From positions 960,001-1,024,000 of the forward strand of contig CAVTNB010000001.1 in assembly GCA_963736005.1 (NCBI GenBank): a DNA stretch of 64,000 nucleotides. The letters are read 5' to 3'. The notes beneath the pieces were generated by a model. The model saw only the letters and a program-made list of their open reading frames with translations. It made no database searches and had not been told where the DNA came from. A program made the translations under genes and the position numbers. Of the stretch, positions 20,967 through 31,335 are shown piece by piece. Each line of letters starts with the position of its first letter. Position 1 is the stretch's first letter. This DNA comes from an uncultured Pseudomonadota bacterium. Lineage in GTDB: Bacteria; Vulcanimicrobiota; Vulcanimicrobiia; Eremiobacterales; Eremiobacteraceae.

Positions 20967-22565
20967 ATGCCGTTCGTCACTGCGCGCGACGTGCTCCTGG
21001 GAATGAGGGCGACAGAGGTCGCGATGCGAGACACCGAGCCGAGCAATTCTGGGTCTTTGTTCGAGTTTAGCGAGCCTGGCGGCAGCAAACATTGGGTTGC
21101 CACGCCCGGCAAGCAGACGACGTTCCCTCTTTCCATCCGTAACGAGACGGGCGAGGGGCACGACGTCACCGTCATCGTCGAAGAGCCAGCGAATTGGGCG
21201 TGGGCCGATCCCCATCGGGTGACGCTCGATCCCGGCAATAGCACGACCGTTTCAATCGTTTTCGCCCCGCAAATGGAAACCACCGTGGCTGCTGGAGTGC
21301 ATCAGGCTGCAATCCGGCTGCGCGACTTGGAAGGCGTCATTTTTGCGGAGTGCGTGCGTCCATTTGAAGTTGAAGAACGCCAAGAACTCGCGATGACCGT
21401 GACCCTACGGGGTCCGCTGATGAGCTTCGGCATGGCTGAGGGGTTCGTGCTCCACTGCACGCTCGAGAATCGCGGGAATGTCGACGTCAGCGTGACGCCG
21501 GTGGGAGATCCGCATCCAGCCTTGACGTTTAGCAAGCGCACTGTCTCTGTGCCATTCCAAGGTCAAGTCGCTTTCGACATCGAGGTGCGGTGGAATGCCG
21601 CGCGCCGCACGAACCATCCCGATGTCGTGAGCTTGCGCGCGCGATATCGCGACGGAGAAGCGTGCGCCTCAATTCAATGGCGCTCCATCGGCGAGGCGCT
21701 GGAACCATTCATGCCGATCTATTCGACCGCGGATGAGGAAGACGAGCTGCTTTCGCTCTCATGGCTGCCTCAACCGGGCGAAGACGTCCTCAATCGCAAG
21801 GTCCCGGATTTCGTACCCGAAGAGTCTGAAACCGAGAGCATTCAGTTGGCGGCCTCGGTGCCCGATCAAAACGGTGCGGGAGAGGCAGCCATGGCGCCCT
21901 CAGCCGCGCCAACCGGACCACCACCCGAGATCGCAGCCGCCCGCCGCGCCGCTGCGCACGCGCCTGCCAAGCGGATCAGCCCATGGTGGCCCGTCTTTCA
22001 GTACCTCAGTGGCAAATGGCGGGCCAAGCCGCTTCCCATTCTCATGTTGATCATTGCGGCTGAGGGGTTCGTGATCGGCATGACGCAGGCGCAGCGCGAC
22101 TATTATGCATCTCCAGAGCTGACGAGCCGAGTACCCACGATCAACCGTGCGTTTAGCGCGAGCTCTCATGCTGCGTCGGCGCTCCTAGGGTTCGGCAAGA
22201 AGGCGATTGCCGTGACCATCACGGAGGGTGGCAAGCTCGCACGCGACCTTCACTTTGGCAAGCATGCGACCGCGGCGGCGCTTGTGTCCGGACCGCCGGC
22301 GCTGTGGGGCCTCTCGGCGCATTACGAGACTCCTCGCGCGATGGTGGTCTCGTTCAACGAGGTGCATTGCTCGAATCTCATGCTGCTCGTCGCGTCTGGC
22401 CGCAAGATCATCTACCACAAACATTTGACTGACACGACAGCGACAGTTCCGATTCCCACAGGATTGACCGAACCCGTGCGTGTGACGGTATCGGCGCAAG
22501 CGCCTGGAGGCCTCGAGCTGCGACAGCACGTCTATCTGGCGCCCCCCTTCGCAACCCGCGGCTAG
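20967..22565 (+). CDS. Hypothetical single-pass membrane protein with beta-rich N-terminal domains
   Basis: GGGGG RBS before ATG 20967; hydrophobic segment LPILMLIIAAEGFVIGM. Confidence 0.7.
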   Translation: MPFVTARDVLLGMRATEVAMRDTEPSNSGSLFEFSEPGGSKHWVATPGKQTTFPLSIRNETGEGHDVTVIVEEPANWAWADPHRVTLDPGNSTTVSIVFAPQMETTVAAGVHQAAIRLRDLEGVIFAECVRPFEVEERQELAMTVTLRGPLMSFGMAEGFVLHCTLENRGNVDVSVTPVGDPHPALTFSKRTVSVPFQGQVAFDIEVRWNAARRTNHPDVVSLRARYRDGEACASIQWRSIGEALEPFMPIYSTADEEDELLSLSWLPQPGEDVLNRKVPDFVPEESETESIQLAASVPDQNGAGEAAMAPSAAPTGPPPEIAAARRAAAHAPAKRISPWWPVFQYLSGKWRAKPLPILMLIIAAEGFVIGMTQAQRDYYASPELTSRVPTINRAFSASSHAASALLGFGKKAIAVTITEGGKLARDLHFGKHATAAALVSGPPALWGLSAHYETPRAMVVSFNEVHCSNLMLLVASGRKIIYHKHLTDTTATVPIPTGLTEPVRVTVSAQAPGGLELRQHVYLAPPFATRG

Positions 22566-22599
22566 GGTGCTACGGCCAGAGAGGCTTGCCTAGGCGAAT

Positions 22600-22663
22600 G
22601 TAGTCGCGCGAATTCATTCGCGTGTCAATTTGGACACGGTCGCAAATAAATTTGCGACACTAC
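22600..22663. repeat. Inverted pair of family C REP-like elements (REPIN-like doublet)
   Basis: GTAGTCGCGCGAATTCATTCGCG...GTCGCAAATAAATTTGCGACACTAC between convergent genes. Confidence 0.7.
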
Positions 22664-22664
22664 A

Positions 22665-23237
22665 TTATGTCGGGAGAGGTTTGCCTGGGCGGCGGAAGGT
22701 CAAGACCTCCGTGCCGATAGGAAGCTTCGGTACGATCTCGCCAACAAACCCAAGCGCGCCCGCAAGAGACGGAGCATCCAGGCCCGATGCGGCTGCAACG
22801 TCTTCGTAGTACACACCGAAATGGGGGAGAGCGTGTGCATCGACGAACTCGGTCGCCAACGCATCGAAATCCTCATCATCCGATCCGCCAGCTTCAAGCG
22901 GCTGGCCTTCCCAGTATTTGGTAAACGACCAGGTGCCTTCTGCATCGCTGTACGTCAGCAACAGCGCCTCGGTCTGCAACAGTTCGGAGAGGCCTTCTGC
23001 CAGACCGCCGTCGTCCAGCGAACGGCTGTCCTCGAGCACGGTGACCCAACCGTCATGTTCTGGCATGAGAGCAAAGCTGCGAATGCGTTTGTGGGCCGTC
23101 GACGTGTCTGGGGTCGGCTCGAGTCCTCGCTCGCTTGTCGGCAGACGCTCGCTCTCGCTCATCAGCTCGATCAGTGCCTGGCGCACGCGGCTGAAATCAA
23201 CATCGCGAACGTAGACCGTGCTAAAGTGAAAGCCCAT
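22665..23237 (-). CDS. Hypothetical protein
   Basis: 190-aa acidic ORF directly downstream of proline dehydrogenase. Confidence 0.7.
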   Translation of the reverse strand: MGFHFSTVYVRDVDFSRVRQALIELMSESERLPTSERGLEPTPDTSTAHKRIRSFALMPEHDGWVTVLEDSRSLDDGGLAEGLSELLQTEALLLTYSDAEGTWSFTKYWEGQPLEAGGSDDEDFDALATEFVDAHALPHFGVYYEDVAAASGLDAPSLAGALGFVGEIVPKLPIGTEVLTFRRPGKPLPT

Positions 23238-23242
23238 CGTCT

Positions 23243-24132
23243 CTACCGTCCGAACAGATTGCGCATAACGAACCAGACATTTTCTTTGCGCTCTGCCAAG
23301 CGCCGATAGAAATACCCTGCCCAGTGCGTGCCGAATGGTACGTAGACGCGCATACGGTATCCTTCGCGAACGATAGCACGCTGTGCGTCCGCTCGGATGC
23401 CATACAGCATCTGGAATTCAAAGGCGTCTCGGCGGATGCTTTCACGATCGGCAAACGCTTTGACGGCGTCGATGAGCAAATCGTCATGGGTGGCGATGCC
23501 AGGGTAGGTCCCCGAGCTTAACAAGCGCTGTGCCAGCTGCATGTAATTGCGACGAATGAGCGGCATTTCTTGGATGGCGATTTCCTTGGGTTCCTTGTAT
23601 GCTCCCTTGCACAACCGCGCCCTCAGATTCCGTTTGATAATCCTCTCTACATCCTGGGCTGCGCGATAAAGATAGGCTTGAACGACCGGTCCCACGTGGT
23701 CGTAGGTTTCGAGAGCTCGATCGAGGATTCGATAGGTCGAGTCAACGGTAGCCGATCCCTCCATGTCGAGACGGATGAACATCGAGTGAGGACGCGCGCG
23801 CGCGATCACGCGCGCAAGATTGGCGACGGCGAGCTCCTCATCAATTGATTGTCCGATCGCAGAGAGTTTGACCGACACGTTGGCTTCGAGGCCATCGCCT
23901 GCAATGCGATCGATCGTCTCGCAATAGATCGCCGAATTCTTCGCGGCTTCTACTTCATGGTGAACGTCCTCCCCGAGAAAGTCGAGCGAAGCAGAGAGTC
24001 CCTGCGCGTTAAGCCTTTTGACGGCTTCGATCGCATCATCCACCCGCTCGCCGGCCACGAACCGGCGGGCAAGAAAAAGAGCCGCCGCTGCAGCCCAGGG
24101 TTGGCGTTGAGAACGTCGGCGAAAGTCGCCAT
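23243..24132 (-). CDS. Monofunctional proline dehydrogenase; apparent frameshift near 24070
   Basis: (RFV)AGE, DFLGE, SVKLS, RLDME, RLCKGAY, IATHD, FQMLYG and YFYRRLAE; the N-terminus MATFADVLN is in the adjacent frame. Confidence 0.93.
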
Positions 24133-24137
24133 CGCGC

Positions 24138-24596
24138 CTATTTCAGATAGCGACGGCCCGCAGCCGAGACCAGCTCGGCTGGAGTTGTCCACACGATCGC
24201 GTGCACTGGGCCCGAAGTAATCTGAACTTGAACTTCAAGGTCTTGATGATCTCGATATGAGAACTGCGCAACGCGCTTCACCACGGCCTGGGTGCCATTT
24301 GAAAACTCAAGCGAGCGCGCCAGCACTTGCGCCATCTTGCTTTGGTATGCTTCATAGCTTGCCGACCCAAACGATGCGTCGATCGTGCTGCGCAGGTAGG
24401 CCTCGAGTGAGCTTTGATTCGGATAGGCCCACGCTTTTGTCTGACCGCCGGCAGAACCGTCGAAGCGAACGTTGTCGTTGACCGCGGGGGTGCTCGAATA
24501 CGGATTCGTCGCCGCCAACGACACCGCTGCACATGCTAACGTGGCAACAGCGGCTGCGCTGAGGGCGGCAATGGAGCGAACGAGTGGGTGCTTCAT
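24138..24596 (-). CDS. Secreted hypothetical protein
   Basis: Ala-rich signal peptide; 152 aa. Confidence 0.7.
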   Translation of the reverse strand: MKHPLVRSIAALSAAAVATLACAAVSLAATNPYSSTPAVNDNVRFDGSAGGQTKAWAYPNQSSLEAYLRSTIDASFGSASYEAYQSKMAQVLARSLEFSNGTQAVVKRVAQFSYRDHQDLEVQVQITSGPVHAIVWTTPAELVSAAGRRYLK

Positions 24597-24609
24597 TCGT
24601 CGTGGTACC

Positions 24610-25239
24610 TCATGGTCCGTAGGTGGGAGTGACCGTTGGTTCTGCAGTTCCTAGAGGCTGGGGTGCCTGCGTGGAACCGAGATAAGGCGTCGGTGTGGCT
24701 ACAGGCGTCGCCGCCGGTTGCGTGGGCTGCATGGAATGTCCTATTGGCAGTCCTCCACACAAGGTTGTGAGGGAATTGCGTGCGTCGTAGTATGCCCGTT
24801 GGCCCGCGCTTCGTGAGTAGGTCGCAAGGTATCCCACGCCAGCCCAGACTGCAAGCATTTGTTCGTAGATAGAGGCTTTATTGTTCTCCACGGCCCCGTA
24901 GGTGATGTAGACTGATGGATGCGAACCGCATACGGTCGTGCGCTGCACCGCACCAATCTTTGCGTTCGGCAGTTGGCCGATCTGAGCAAGTTGGATTTGC
25001 GTAAAATCCGAGAGTGAACCTGTGAATTGCATCGCCGATACGCTGATGCTCTGGCCGTCGCTCGGATGAAGCCAGACACCGCGCCCGATCCCAAGGTTTT
25101 GGGTCTTGTGCCAGCCGGGTGGAGGCTGGAAAACATTGTTTGCGGCGCTTCCTTGCTGCCCGCCCACCGCCAACGCAATGCCAACCACCGCTGCGGTGGC
25201 GGTCGCGATAGCGATGAAGTTTCGAAGCCGATCTTGCAT
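24610..25239 (-). CDS. Secreted hypothetical protein with Pro/Thr-rich C-terminus
   Basis: AAAGGGAG RBS before MQDRLRNF; signal peptide. Confidence 0.7.
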   Translation of the reverse strand: MQDRLRNFIAIATATAAVVGIALAVGGQQGSAANNVFQPPPGWHKTQNLGIGRGVWLHPSDGQSISVSAMQFTGSLSDFTQIQLAQIGQLPNAKIGAVQRTTVCGSHPSVYITYGAVENNKASIYEQMLAVWAGVGYLATYSRSAGQRAYYDARNSLTTLCGGLPIGHSMQPTQPAATPVATPTPYLGSTQAPQPLGTAEPTVTPTYGP

Positions 25240-25262
25240 GCCGATCGCTCCCTTTTTGCGTT

Positions 25263-25313
25263 GGGCGACTTGACCGTCGCCCCCGACAAGCGGACCTAAA
25301 GGTCCGCTGCTAC
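25263..25313. repeat. Tandem REP-like elements (family A variant plus family B)
   Basis: GGGCGACTTGACCGTCGCCC followed by AGCGGACCTAAAGGTCCGCTGCTAC. Confidence 0.8.
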
Positions 25314-26006
25314 ATTTTGCGTTTGTTCGCGCCATTCGTCGCCGAGCGCGACTCTCCCCGGCGCACGAACGCTTGCATACACACCAAAGCATTGATCGTG
25401 ACGATCGACCAGACACTTGAGAAAGGAAGGATCGACTTCGAACGTCTCGGGATCGATGTTTGTGAAGATGCAGCGAATGTCGTGCTTGACGATTTCAATC
25501 TCGGCATCCCCAAGAGAGAATGTTCGTCCAACCCAATCGTTCTCCGCAAACGCCACCGCATCGTCACCATCGAGAACGATGTTCGGACGAAAGCGCAGGA
25601 CATTGACAGGGGCACCCATGTCGGATGCGAGTGCGCGAACGGATGCTGCATTGACGACGAGAAGTTCATGGGCGTCAAAGAACGGAGCGCTTCCTGGCAC
25701 CACAGATTGAATCGACATTGCGCGATCGAAGGTCGACGCGAGTTGAGCTGCTAGGTTCTCGCCGGCGCCGCACACGGAGCCGTCTGGGCCGGTCACGGTG
25801 ACCTTGCCACTGTCGGCATGAGCTTGAAACGCAAGCATTCGCGGGACCTGCCTGGCGGTCAGAGGTTTGCCTTTGCGACTCTCAAGGCCGTCAACGAGCA
25901 TGAAACTGCGGTCGAAGGGGATACCGCCGCGAGCAAGCTGCGTCGAGGTGAGCGCTTCACCAGCAAGCGACTTCACGGGATAGCGCCATAGATGAGTGAT
26001 GCGCAC
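25296..26006 (-). CDS. MOSC domain protein (YcbX/mARC-like)
   Basis: LWRYPVKSL, DRSFM, RFRPNIV, RC and FGVYA. Confidence 0.9.
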   Translation of the reverse strand: MRITHLWRYPVKSLAGEALTSTQLARGGIPFDRSFMLVDGLESRKGKPLTARQVPRMLAFQAHADSGKVTVTGPDGSVCGAGENLAAQLASTFDRAMSIQSVVPGSAPFFDAHELLVVNAASVRALASDMGAPVNVLRFRPNIVLDGDDAVAFAENDWVGRTFSLGDAEIEIVKHDIRCIFTNIDPETFEVDPSFLKCLVDRHDQCFGVYASVRAPGRVALGDEWREQTQNVAADL

Positions 26007-26032
26007 GTCGCTTGAATCGTGCAGGACCGACG

Positions 26033-28093
26033 ATGCGATTTCCTGTTCGCTTTGTCCGCCTTTTGTTGGTGTGGCTTGTGCTCACGGCCTCGAGTTCGAC
26101 CGTTCCACCGAGTGCGAGTTATTCAACACAGCTCCCGGACGGGGCCCATATTCACATGCTTGCGCTCCCGCTTGGAAGACTCGACGGCGCCATTGTAGGC
26201 GCAGCGACCTTTGATGGCAGCGGAGAGCGGGTCGCATTTTTGGCGACTTTTCCCGGCGCGACGCTTTCGGGCGACTGGCGCGGGCTCGACCCCGTGCAAG
26301 CCTTCGTGCTCGATGCCAGCCGCCGGACGCTGACGCAGCTCACGATCGACGGCCAAGCGCGAACCATCCAGTGGGGAAGCGATGAGACCCTCTGGGTGCA
26401 AGACGGCAGTCGGCGCAATCAGTTCGCGGTGCCGCAGCCGGCACCCGTATCGCTCCCCGAACTGCGAATGGGAGATGCTTCTGCGGCCGCGACGGCAACG
26501 GTCATCGTGGAGGGCGGCGACGGGCGGTTCTTCGTGGCCAAGACTGATACCGGACATTACCTGCTCGAACAAATCGGGGCGAAAACGCTTCGCCTTGAGG
26601 GAACGGCCGCTAACGGGGCTTATGCCCTGGTGGGGAATTTTTTGGTCTGGGCGGATAAGTCCAAGGGAATCGGCAGCGAGATCACGCGCCAAGGCGCGCA
26701 AGACGCCGTGCCTCCATCGTTTGCGGGCTCTGCGTATGGCGATGTTCTTTCACCCATAGCTCCGCTTGGCCATGCGGTGTATCAGGGCGCATATCGCAAC
26801 GGCGCTGTCTACTTCGGCTTCACCTACGGCGTCCGTCGCATCGTCGCGCAAACCACAGATCTTGTCAGCTATTCATTCCCGCCGGTGCCAAACGACCTGT
26901 CGTACACTGTCGGTGACGGTTTTGGTGCGGGAGCCGGTGATCAATTGTACTTCGCGCGACCCGAAAGCAACGAAATCACCTTTTGGCGGTCGGGCAAGTA
27001 CGTGCAAGAATCGCTCGAGTTGCCTTCGCAGCAAGGCAGCGAGAATGCACTCGAATACACGATGCAGCATCTCGCGCCAGGAGATCCTCTCTGGCCCCCG
27101 CTACGGCCCGATGAAGATGCGCTCGATGCTGCGATCATGCAATGGCGCGCGTATCCGGTCGGCGACTCCGTGGGCGACGAGTGGATAGCTTCGTATTTGG
27201 GGCGGCTTCTGCTCGGCGATGCCAAAGGCAAGTTTCGCTTCGTGGGTACGCCGCAATACCCGTTTGCCGTTCTGGGGCGCACAGACGATGGTCGCCTTTG
27301 GGGAGCTAGCCCGCAGATAAGGCTCTTCGCTGGGTCTAACTTCGTCGATGCAATCTCCACATTATGGTGGAGTCGAGATGGCGTCGCCTGGCTCGAAGCA
27401 GCGACCGTGCCTGGAGATGCGGGTGCGGTCGGACTCGATCACCGGCGGGTGTGGATCGCCTACACTCATCCGTGGTTGGGTCGTGCGGAGATCTGGCTCA
27501 TGCGACTGGGTGACGAAAGTGGTGCGGTTACCGGAGGAACCTACGGCGGGGAGCAGCTTTTCTTTGCTTCGCTGCCGAGTGGTTTCTTCTTGGTGTGGGG
27601 CGCGACGCCGGGCCGGCGCCTCAACAGCGATGAGGGACCACTGTCGGCATATCGAGTCGATCAGGAAGCGCTCTTCGTCCTCGGCGAGGGTACGTACAAC
27701 GTTTTCCAGCAACAGATCCTCGATCCAAGTAGCGACCCGTCTCTGCCGGCAGCCTCCTTCAACGTGCACGATGCGGCTGCGCTCGCGCAGCCGACGCTTG
27801 ATACCCTCGCGTCGTTACCAAGCGAAACGCACGTCACGCTCGCAACGAACATCGATGGATTGCAAGTGGACACCACAAGGATCACGGTGATGAGCTTGCA
27901 GCAGGAGCGGGCATTCGAAATCAAATACGCGGGCCGGCCCTACCCGCTTGCCATGATCTCTGCTTCCCTTGCCGGAGACACTGCCGTGGTCAAGCGATCG
28001 CTGGCGCGCGGCCCTCTGATGCAAACCGGTTCAACCGAGCGCTGGTCGCGGCTCGACGGACGCTGGCGGCGACTCTCGATACAGCCTTTTTAA
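26033..28093 (+). CDS. Large secreted hypothetical protein (possible beta-propeller)
   Basis: N-terminal hydrophobic leader; beta-rich ORF of about 690 aa. Confidence 0.7.
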   Translation: MRFPVRFVRLLLVWLVLTASSSTVPPSASYSTQLPDGAHIHMLALPLGRLDGAIVGAATFDGSGERVAFLATFPGATLSGDWRGLDPVQAFVLDASRRTLTQLTIDGQARTIQWGSDETLWVQDGSRRNQFAVPQPAPVSLPELRMGDASAAATATVIVEGGDGRFFVAKTDTGHYLLEQIGAKTLRLEGTAANGAYALVGNFLVWADKSKGIGSEITRQGAQDAVPPSFAGSAYGDVLSPIAPLGHAVYQGAYRNGAVYFGFTYGVRRIVAQTTDLVSYSFPPVPNDLSYTVGDGFGAGAGDQLYFARPESNEITFWRSGKYVQESLELPSQQGSENALEYTMQHLAPGDPLWPPLRPDEDALDAAIMQWRAYPVGDSVGDEWIASYLGRLLLGDAKGKFRFVGTPQYPFAVLGRTDDGRLWGASPQIRLFAGSNFVDAISTLWWSRDGVAWLEAATVPGDAGAVGLDHRRVWIAYTHPWLGRAEIWLMRLGDESGAVTGGTYGGEQLFFASLPSGFFLVWGATPGRRLNSDEGPLSAYRVDQEALFVLGEGTYNVFQQQILDPSSDPSLPAASFNVHDAAALAQPTLDTLASLPSETHVTLATNIDGLQVDTTRITVMSLQQERAFEIKYAGRPYPLAMISASLAGDTAVVKRSLARGPLMQTGSTERWSRLDGRWRRLSIQPF

Positions 28094-28096
28094 AGG

Positions 28097-28465
28097 TTAC
28101 GTCGATGGGGCGGTGACCGTGATCGTGCCCGTCATCGAGGGATGAATCGAGCAGGCATACGTATAGGTTCCGGCTTTGGAAAATGTATTCGAGAAGGTCT
28201 TACCGCTGTCGAGATTGCCCGAATCAAAACCGCCTTTGCCTGACATCGTGACCGTGTGGGCGTATGGGTCGTCATTCTTCCAGGTTACCGTCGAGCCGAC
28301 AGGCACACTAAGACTGCTCGGCGAGAAAGCATTGTTCGAGATGTCGATGAGGTAGGGTGACGCGGCGGGCGCGGGTGTCGGGGAGGCGGCGCCAAGGTGA
28401 CCAGCTGCTGCCACCAGGATGATTGCCGCGAGAAGAGCGTACGGGAGTCCGCGGAATCTTTTCAT
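28097..28465 (-). CDS. Plastocyanin/amicyanin-like blue copper protein (cupredoxin)
   Basis: Signal peptide; type-1 copper ligands AHTV and CSIHPSM. Confidence 0.92.
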   Translation of the reverse strand: MKRFRGLPYALLAAIILVAAAGHLGAASPTPAPAASPYLIDISNNAFSPSSLSVPVGSTVTWKNDDPYAHTVTMSGKGGFDSGNLDSGKTFSNTFSKAGTYTYACSIHPSMTGTITVTAPST

Positions 28466-28484
28466 GTGAATCTCCGATCTAGTT

Positions 28485-28533
28485 GGGGCGATTTTCAATG
28501 TCCCTATGTTGGGTCGATTGTCCAATCGTCCCC
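28485..28533. repeat. Two degenerate family A REP-like elements
   Basis: GGGGCGATTTTCAATGTCCC and GGGTCGATTGTCCAATCGTCCCC. Confidence 0.55.
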
Positions 28534-28651
28534 TTCACGCCCGCTATATTGGCAAGGTGTTTTCAGCGTGATTTCAGGTGTCGGCTCGCACGAGGGGCAA
28601 GCGGCGGTTCTCGCCAGGCGGAGTGCCGCCGACCTGCCAAAGCCCGGCATC

Positions 28652-29827
28652 ATGGGCAAAAAAGGAGCTTCACAACTCGCATTGCGGTTCGTGCTTCTCG
28701 TTGGCGTCGTGAATTTGTTTGCGGATTTAACCTACGAGGGAGCGAGGAGTGTGAATGGGGCGTTCCTTGCGAGCCTTGGAGCGAGTGCAGTCGTCGTCGG
28801 CTTTGTTGCCGGCTTCGGCGAATTAATTGGTTACGGTCTACGTTCTATCACGGGTTTCTTTGCCAGTAAGACCCATCAGTATTGGACTTTTGCTTTTGTC
28901 GGGTATGCAATTAATATGCTCGCCGTGCCTGCGCTGGCTCTTGCGGGCAACTGGCCAACAGCTGCAGCCCTCATGATCCTAGAGCGCACGGGCAGAGCAA
29001 TCAGGAAGCCATCCGTCGATACGATGCTTTCTTTTTCTGGCAAGGAAATAGGAAGCGGGTGGGTATTCGGGTTGAACGAGTTCTTCGATCAGTTCGGAGC
29101 GACGGTGGGGCCACTCGTTGTAGCCTTCGTCTTACTCGTCAAAGGCAGTTATCGAAGTGGTTATGCCGTTTTGCTGGTTTCCGCTCTGCTGTGCCTCAGC
29201 CTAGTCGTCGCAGCCCGGTTACTCTTCCCTAAACCTCAAGACTTGAACAGACAACAAGCAGTCGGCCTAGAAACCAGAGGATTCTCTCGCGCGTACTGGC
29301 TCTATGTATTGGCGGGCGGTCTGCTCGCGGCTGGCTTCGCAGATTTTTCCCTGATTGCTTTTCACTTTGAGAAGACTGCTAGCGTACCGATGCAATGGAT
29401 TCCGATTCTTTATGCGATCGCTATGGCGATGGCGGGCCTCAGTGCGCTTCTGTTCGGCAGATTACTGGACAAGCTTGGATTGAGGATCTTGCTCATTGCC
29501 TTGTTTGTGGGAGCATTCTTTGCTCCGTTCGTATTTTTAGGGAGCTTCGTTTTGGCTTTCATCGGCATGATGCTTTGGGGCATCGGTATGGGGGCACAAG
29601 ATTCCCTGCTCAAAGCGGTTCTGACGAATATGGTGCCCCAAGGGAAGCGGAGCACAGCCTTCGGAGTTTTCGACACCGGCTTCGGAATTGCGTGGTTTTT
29701 CGGTAGCGCAGCAATGGGCATCATTTATACAAAATCAATCCCCGCTCTGATTATTTTTTGCATGCTCCTGCAGATTGCGGCTTTGCCAGTTTTTGCGTTA
29801 GCGACAAGGCAACAGAAGGCAGCTTAG
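28652..29827 (+). CDS. MFS transporter
   Basis: Multiple transmembrane segments; LFADLTYEG, ERTGRAIRKP and GRLLDKLG. Confidence 0.92.
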   Translation: MGKKGASQLALRFVLLVGVVNLFADLTYEGARSVNGAFLASLGASAVVVGFVAGFGELIGYGLRSITGFFASKTHQYWTFAFVGYAINMLAVPALALAGNWPTAAALMILERTGRAIRKPSVDTMLSFSGKEIGSGWVFGLNEFFDQFGATVGPLVVAFVLLVKGSYRSGYAVLLVSALLCLSLVVAARLLFPKPQDLNRQQAVGLETRGFSRAYWLYVLAGGLLAAGFADFSLIAFHFEKTASVPMQWIPILYAIAMAMAGLSALLFGRLLDKLGLRILLIALFVGAFFAPFVFLGSFVLAFIGMMLWGIGMGAQDSLLKAVLTNMVPQGKRSTAFGVFDTGFGIAWFFGSAAMGIIYTKSIPALIIFCMLLQIAALPVFALATRQQKAA

Positions 29828-30231
29828 CCTCGCCAGGCGTCTTTGGTCCCAAAGCGCCTGCGTTGTTCGTCTTCGACAAAGGCGGCAATTTCTGGAATAC
29901 CATCGCGATCCGCGCCGACGAAACTTAGCCCTCCGAAGTAATGCATGCCCTGCGGATCCCTGTGGCAATAGACGACGTGCGCCGGGAGGTTGTGGTGTGC
30001 GCCCGCGGTCAGCGGCACGTGCAGCGACACGCGCTCGCGCATCGGCAGCGGAAAGGAACTGCGTACGCGAGCTCCCCCGGCAGAGAGATTGGCTAGTTTC
30101 ACGGGCTCGCGGTGCTCGCCCGCCATCGTCACGATGGTAGAATCGGTCATGACGATGCGCGGCCAGCGCCGCGGCATTCGGATTTCTTGGCGGCGCACAA
30201 ACAGTTTGCGGAAAGCGTCAAAAAGCTGCAT
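29824..30231 (-). CDS. PilZ domain (c-di-GMP-binding) protein
   Basis: RxxxR motif (RRWPR) and NLSAGG motif. Confidence 0.8.
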   Translation of the reverse strand: MQLFDAFRKLFVRRQEIRMPRRWPRIVMTDSTIVTMAGEHREPVKLANLSAGGARVRSSFPLPMRERVSLHVPLTAGAHHNLPAHVVYCHRDPQGMHYFGGLSFVGADRDGIPEIAAFVEDEQRRRFGTKDAWRG

Positions 30232-30285
30232 GAGCGAGAGGAAAAAGGTTTCGGTGACATCCGTGCTTCAACCTATGCGCGAGAT

Positions 30286-30822
30286 ATGAGTATCGAGCTC
30301 GTCAACACGCTCGCGGCGTGCGCCACCTTTCTGGTTATTTTGGCGTCGGCGGTGGCAGCCGTCATCCAACTGCGCCACTTGCGAGCCGGCAACGATCTGC
30401 AGGGCCTGCTTAAGGTGCTCGAGATGGCGTACCAACCAGCCATTCAGGAGGCGTTTGATTTCTTGACGCACGACTTCCCCACCAAAATGCAAGATCCAAA
30501 CTTTCGGCGCGAGCTCCTCATGCATCCCATCGACAGTCATGTGCATAAAGAGCTCATCGCAATGGAATACTACGAGCGCCTTGGCTCGTACGTCAAGAAT
30601 AACATGATCTCGGCAGACTATTACTTGGATTGCAGTTCGCCGGACTTATACTGGGAGGCGCTCGCGCCGGTCATCTGGGCAATGCGCAAGATGCACGGCA
30701 AGTCAGCCTACGAAAACTTTGAGTACCTCGTCGTACTCTCCCAAGACTGGAACGCGCGCCATCCCGACGGCAACTACCCCAAGAGCGTGCGCCGCCTGGT
30801 GTTACCGCCCTTTGAGGTCTAA
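30286..30822 (+). CDS. Hypothetical protein with N-terminal membrane anchor (DUF4760-like)
   Basis: Transmembrane helix ending IQLRHLR; YYERLG motif; family assignment from recollection. Confidence 0.6.
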   Translation: MSIELVNTLAACATFLVILASAVAAVIQLRHLRAGNDLQGLLKVLEMAYQPAIQEAFDFLTHDFPTKMQDPNFRRELLMHPIDSHVHKELIAMEYYERLGSYVKNNMISADYYLDCSSPDLYWEALAPVIWAMRKMHGKSAYENFEYLVVLSQDWNARHPDGNYPKSVRRLVLPPFEV

Positions 30823-31319
30823 ACGCGTCGAAATTTCAAGAAAAGCGTCATCACCCACATTCCCACGAAGACCAAATAGGCGACGCTGATCCCCCAGGCA
30901 AGTGCCGATGGAAACCTCGTTTGCACCGAGATATTCGCGCTGAGGCAGAGCTGGAATATCATAAGCAGCAAGGCGAGCGTGCCGGCGCCGAAAATCGCGA
31001 AATGGTCGATGAAATATTCCGTCGTCGCTGCGCGTCGTTGTGGCGCAAGCCAGTAGTTTTTATTCGGTAGATTGATCATCGCAGGCGGCAAGATCCCGAT
31101 GAGGCGCGGGACCAGACCATACACGGCGGTCACGCCTAACAAGACGACGACATACAGTTCCAGGAAGAGTTGCTTCGGTTCCCAATTGTTCGGTATGCCG
31201 GCTGCATTAAAATGAGAGGCGACCGTTTCGGGAAGGCGAGGCGCATAATACGCAATTTGCACCGCGGCAACAGCTAAGAGCGCGACAATGATGATGGCTG
31301 ATTTTCGCACGCCGCTCAC
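30819..31319 (-). CDS. DUF1648 domain membrane protein
   Basis: LPETVASHFNAAGIPN motif, INLPNKNYW and about four transmembrane segments. Confidence 0.85.
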   Translation of the reverse strand: MSGVRKSAIIIVALLAVAAVQIAYYAPRLPETVASHFNAAGIPNNWEPKQLFLELYVVVLLGVTAVYGLVPRLIGILPPAMINLPNKNYWLAPQRRAATTEYFIDHFAIFGAGTLALLLMIFQLCLSANISVQTRFPSALAWGISVAYLVFVGMWVMTLFLKFRRV

Positions 31320-31335
31320 GTTCGCTACCCGACTT

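Noticed and set aside
31288..31335. Head-to-head overlap of the binding-protein and DUF1648 gene starts
   Set aside because: A later start at 31336 removes the overlap; probably an ORF-calling artefact.
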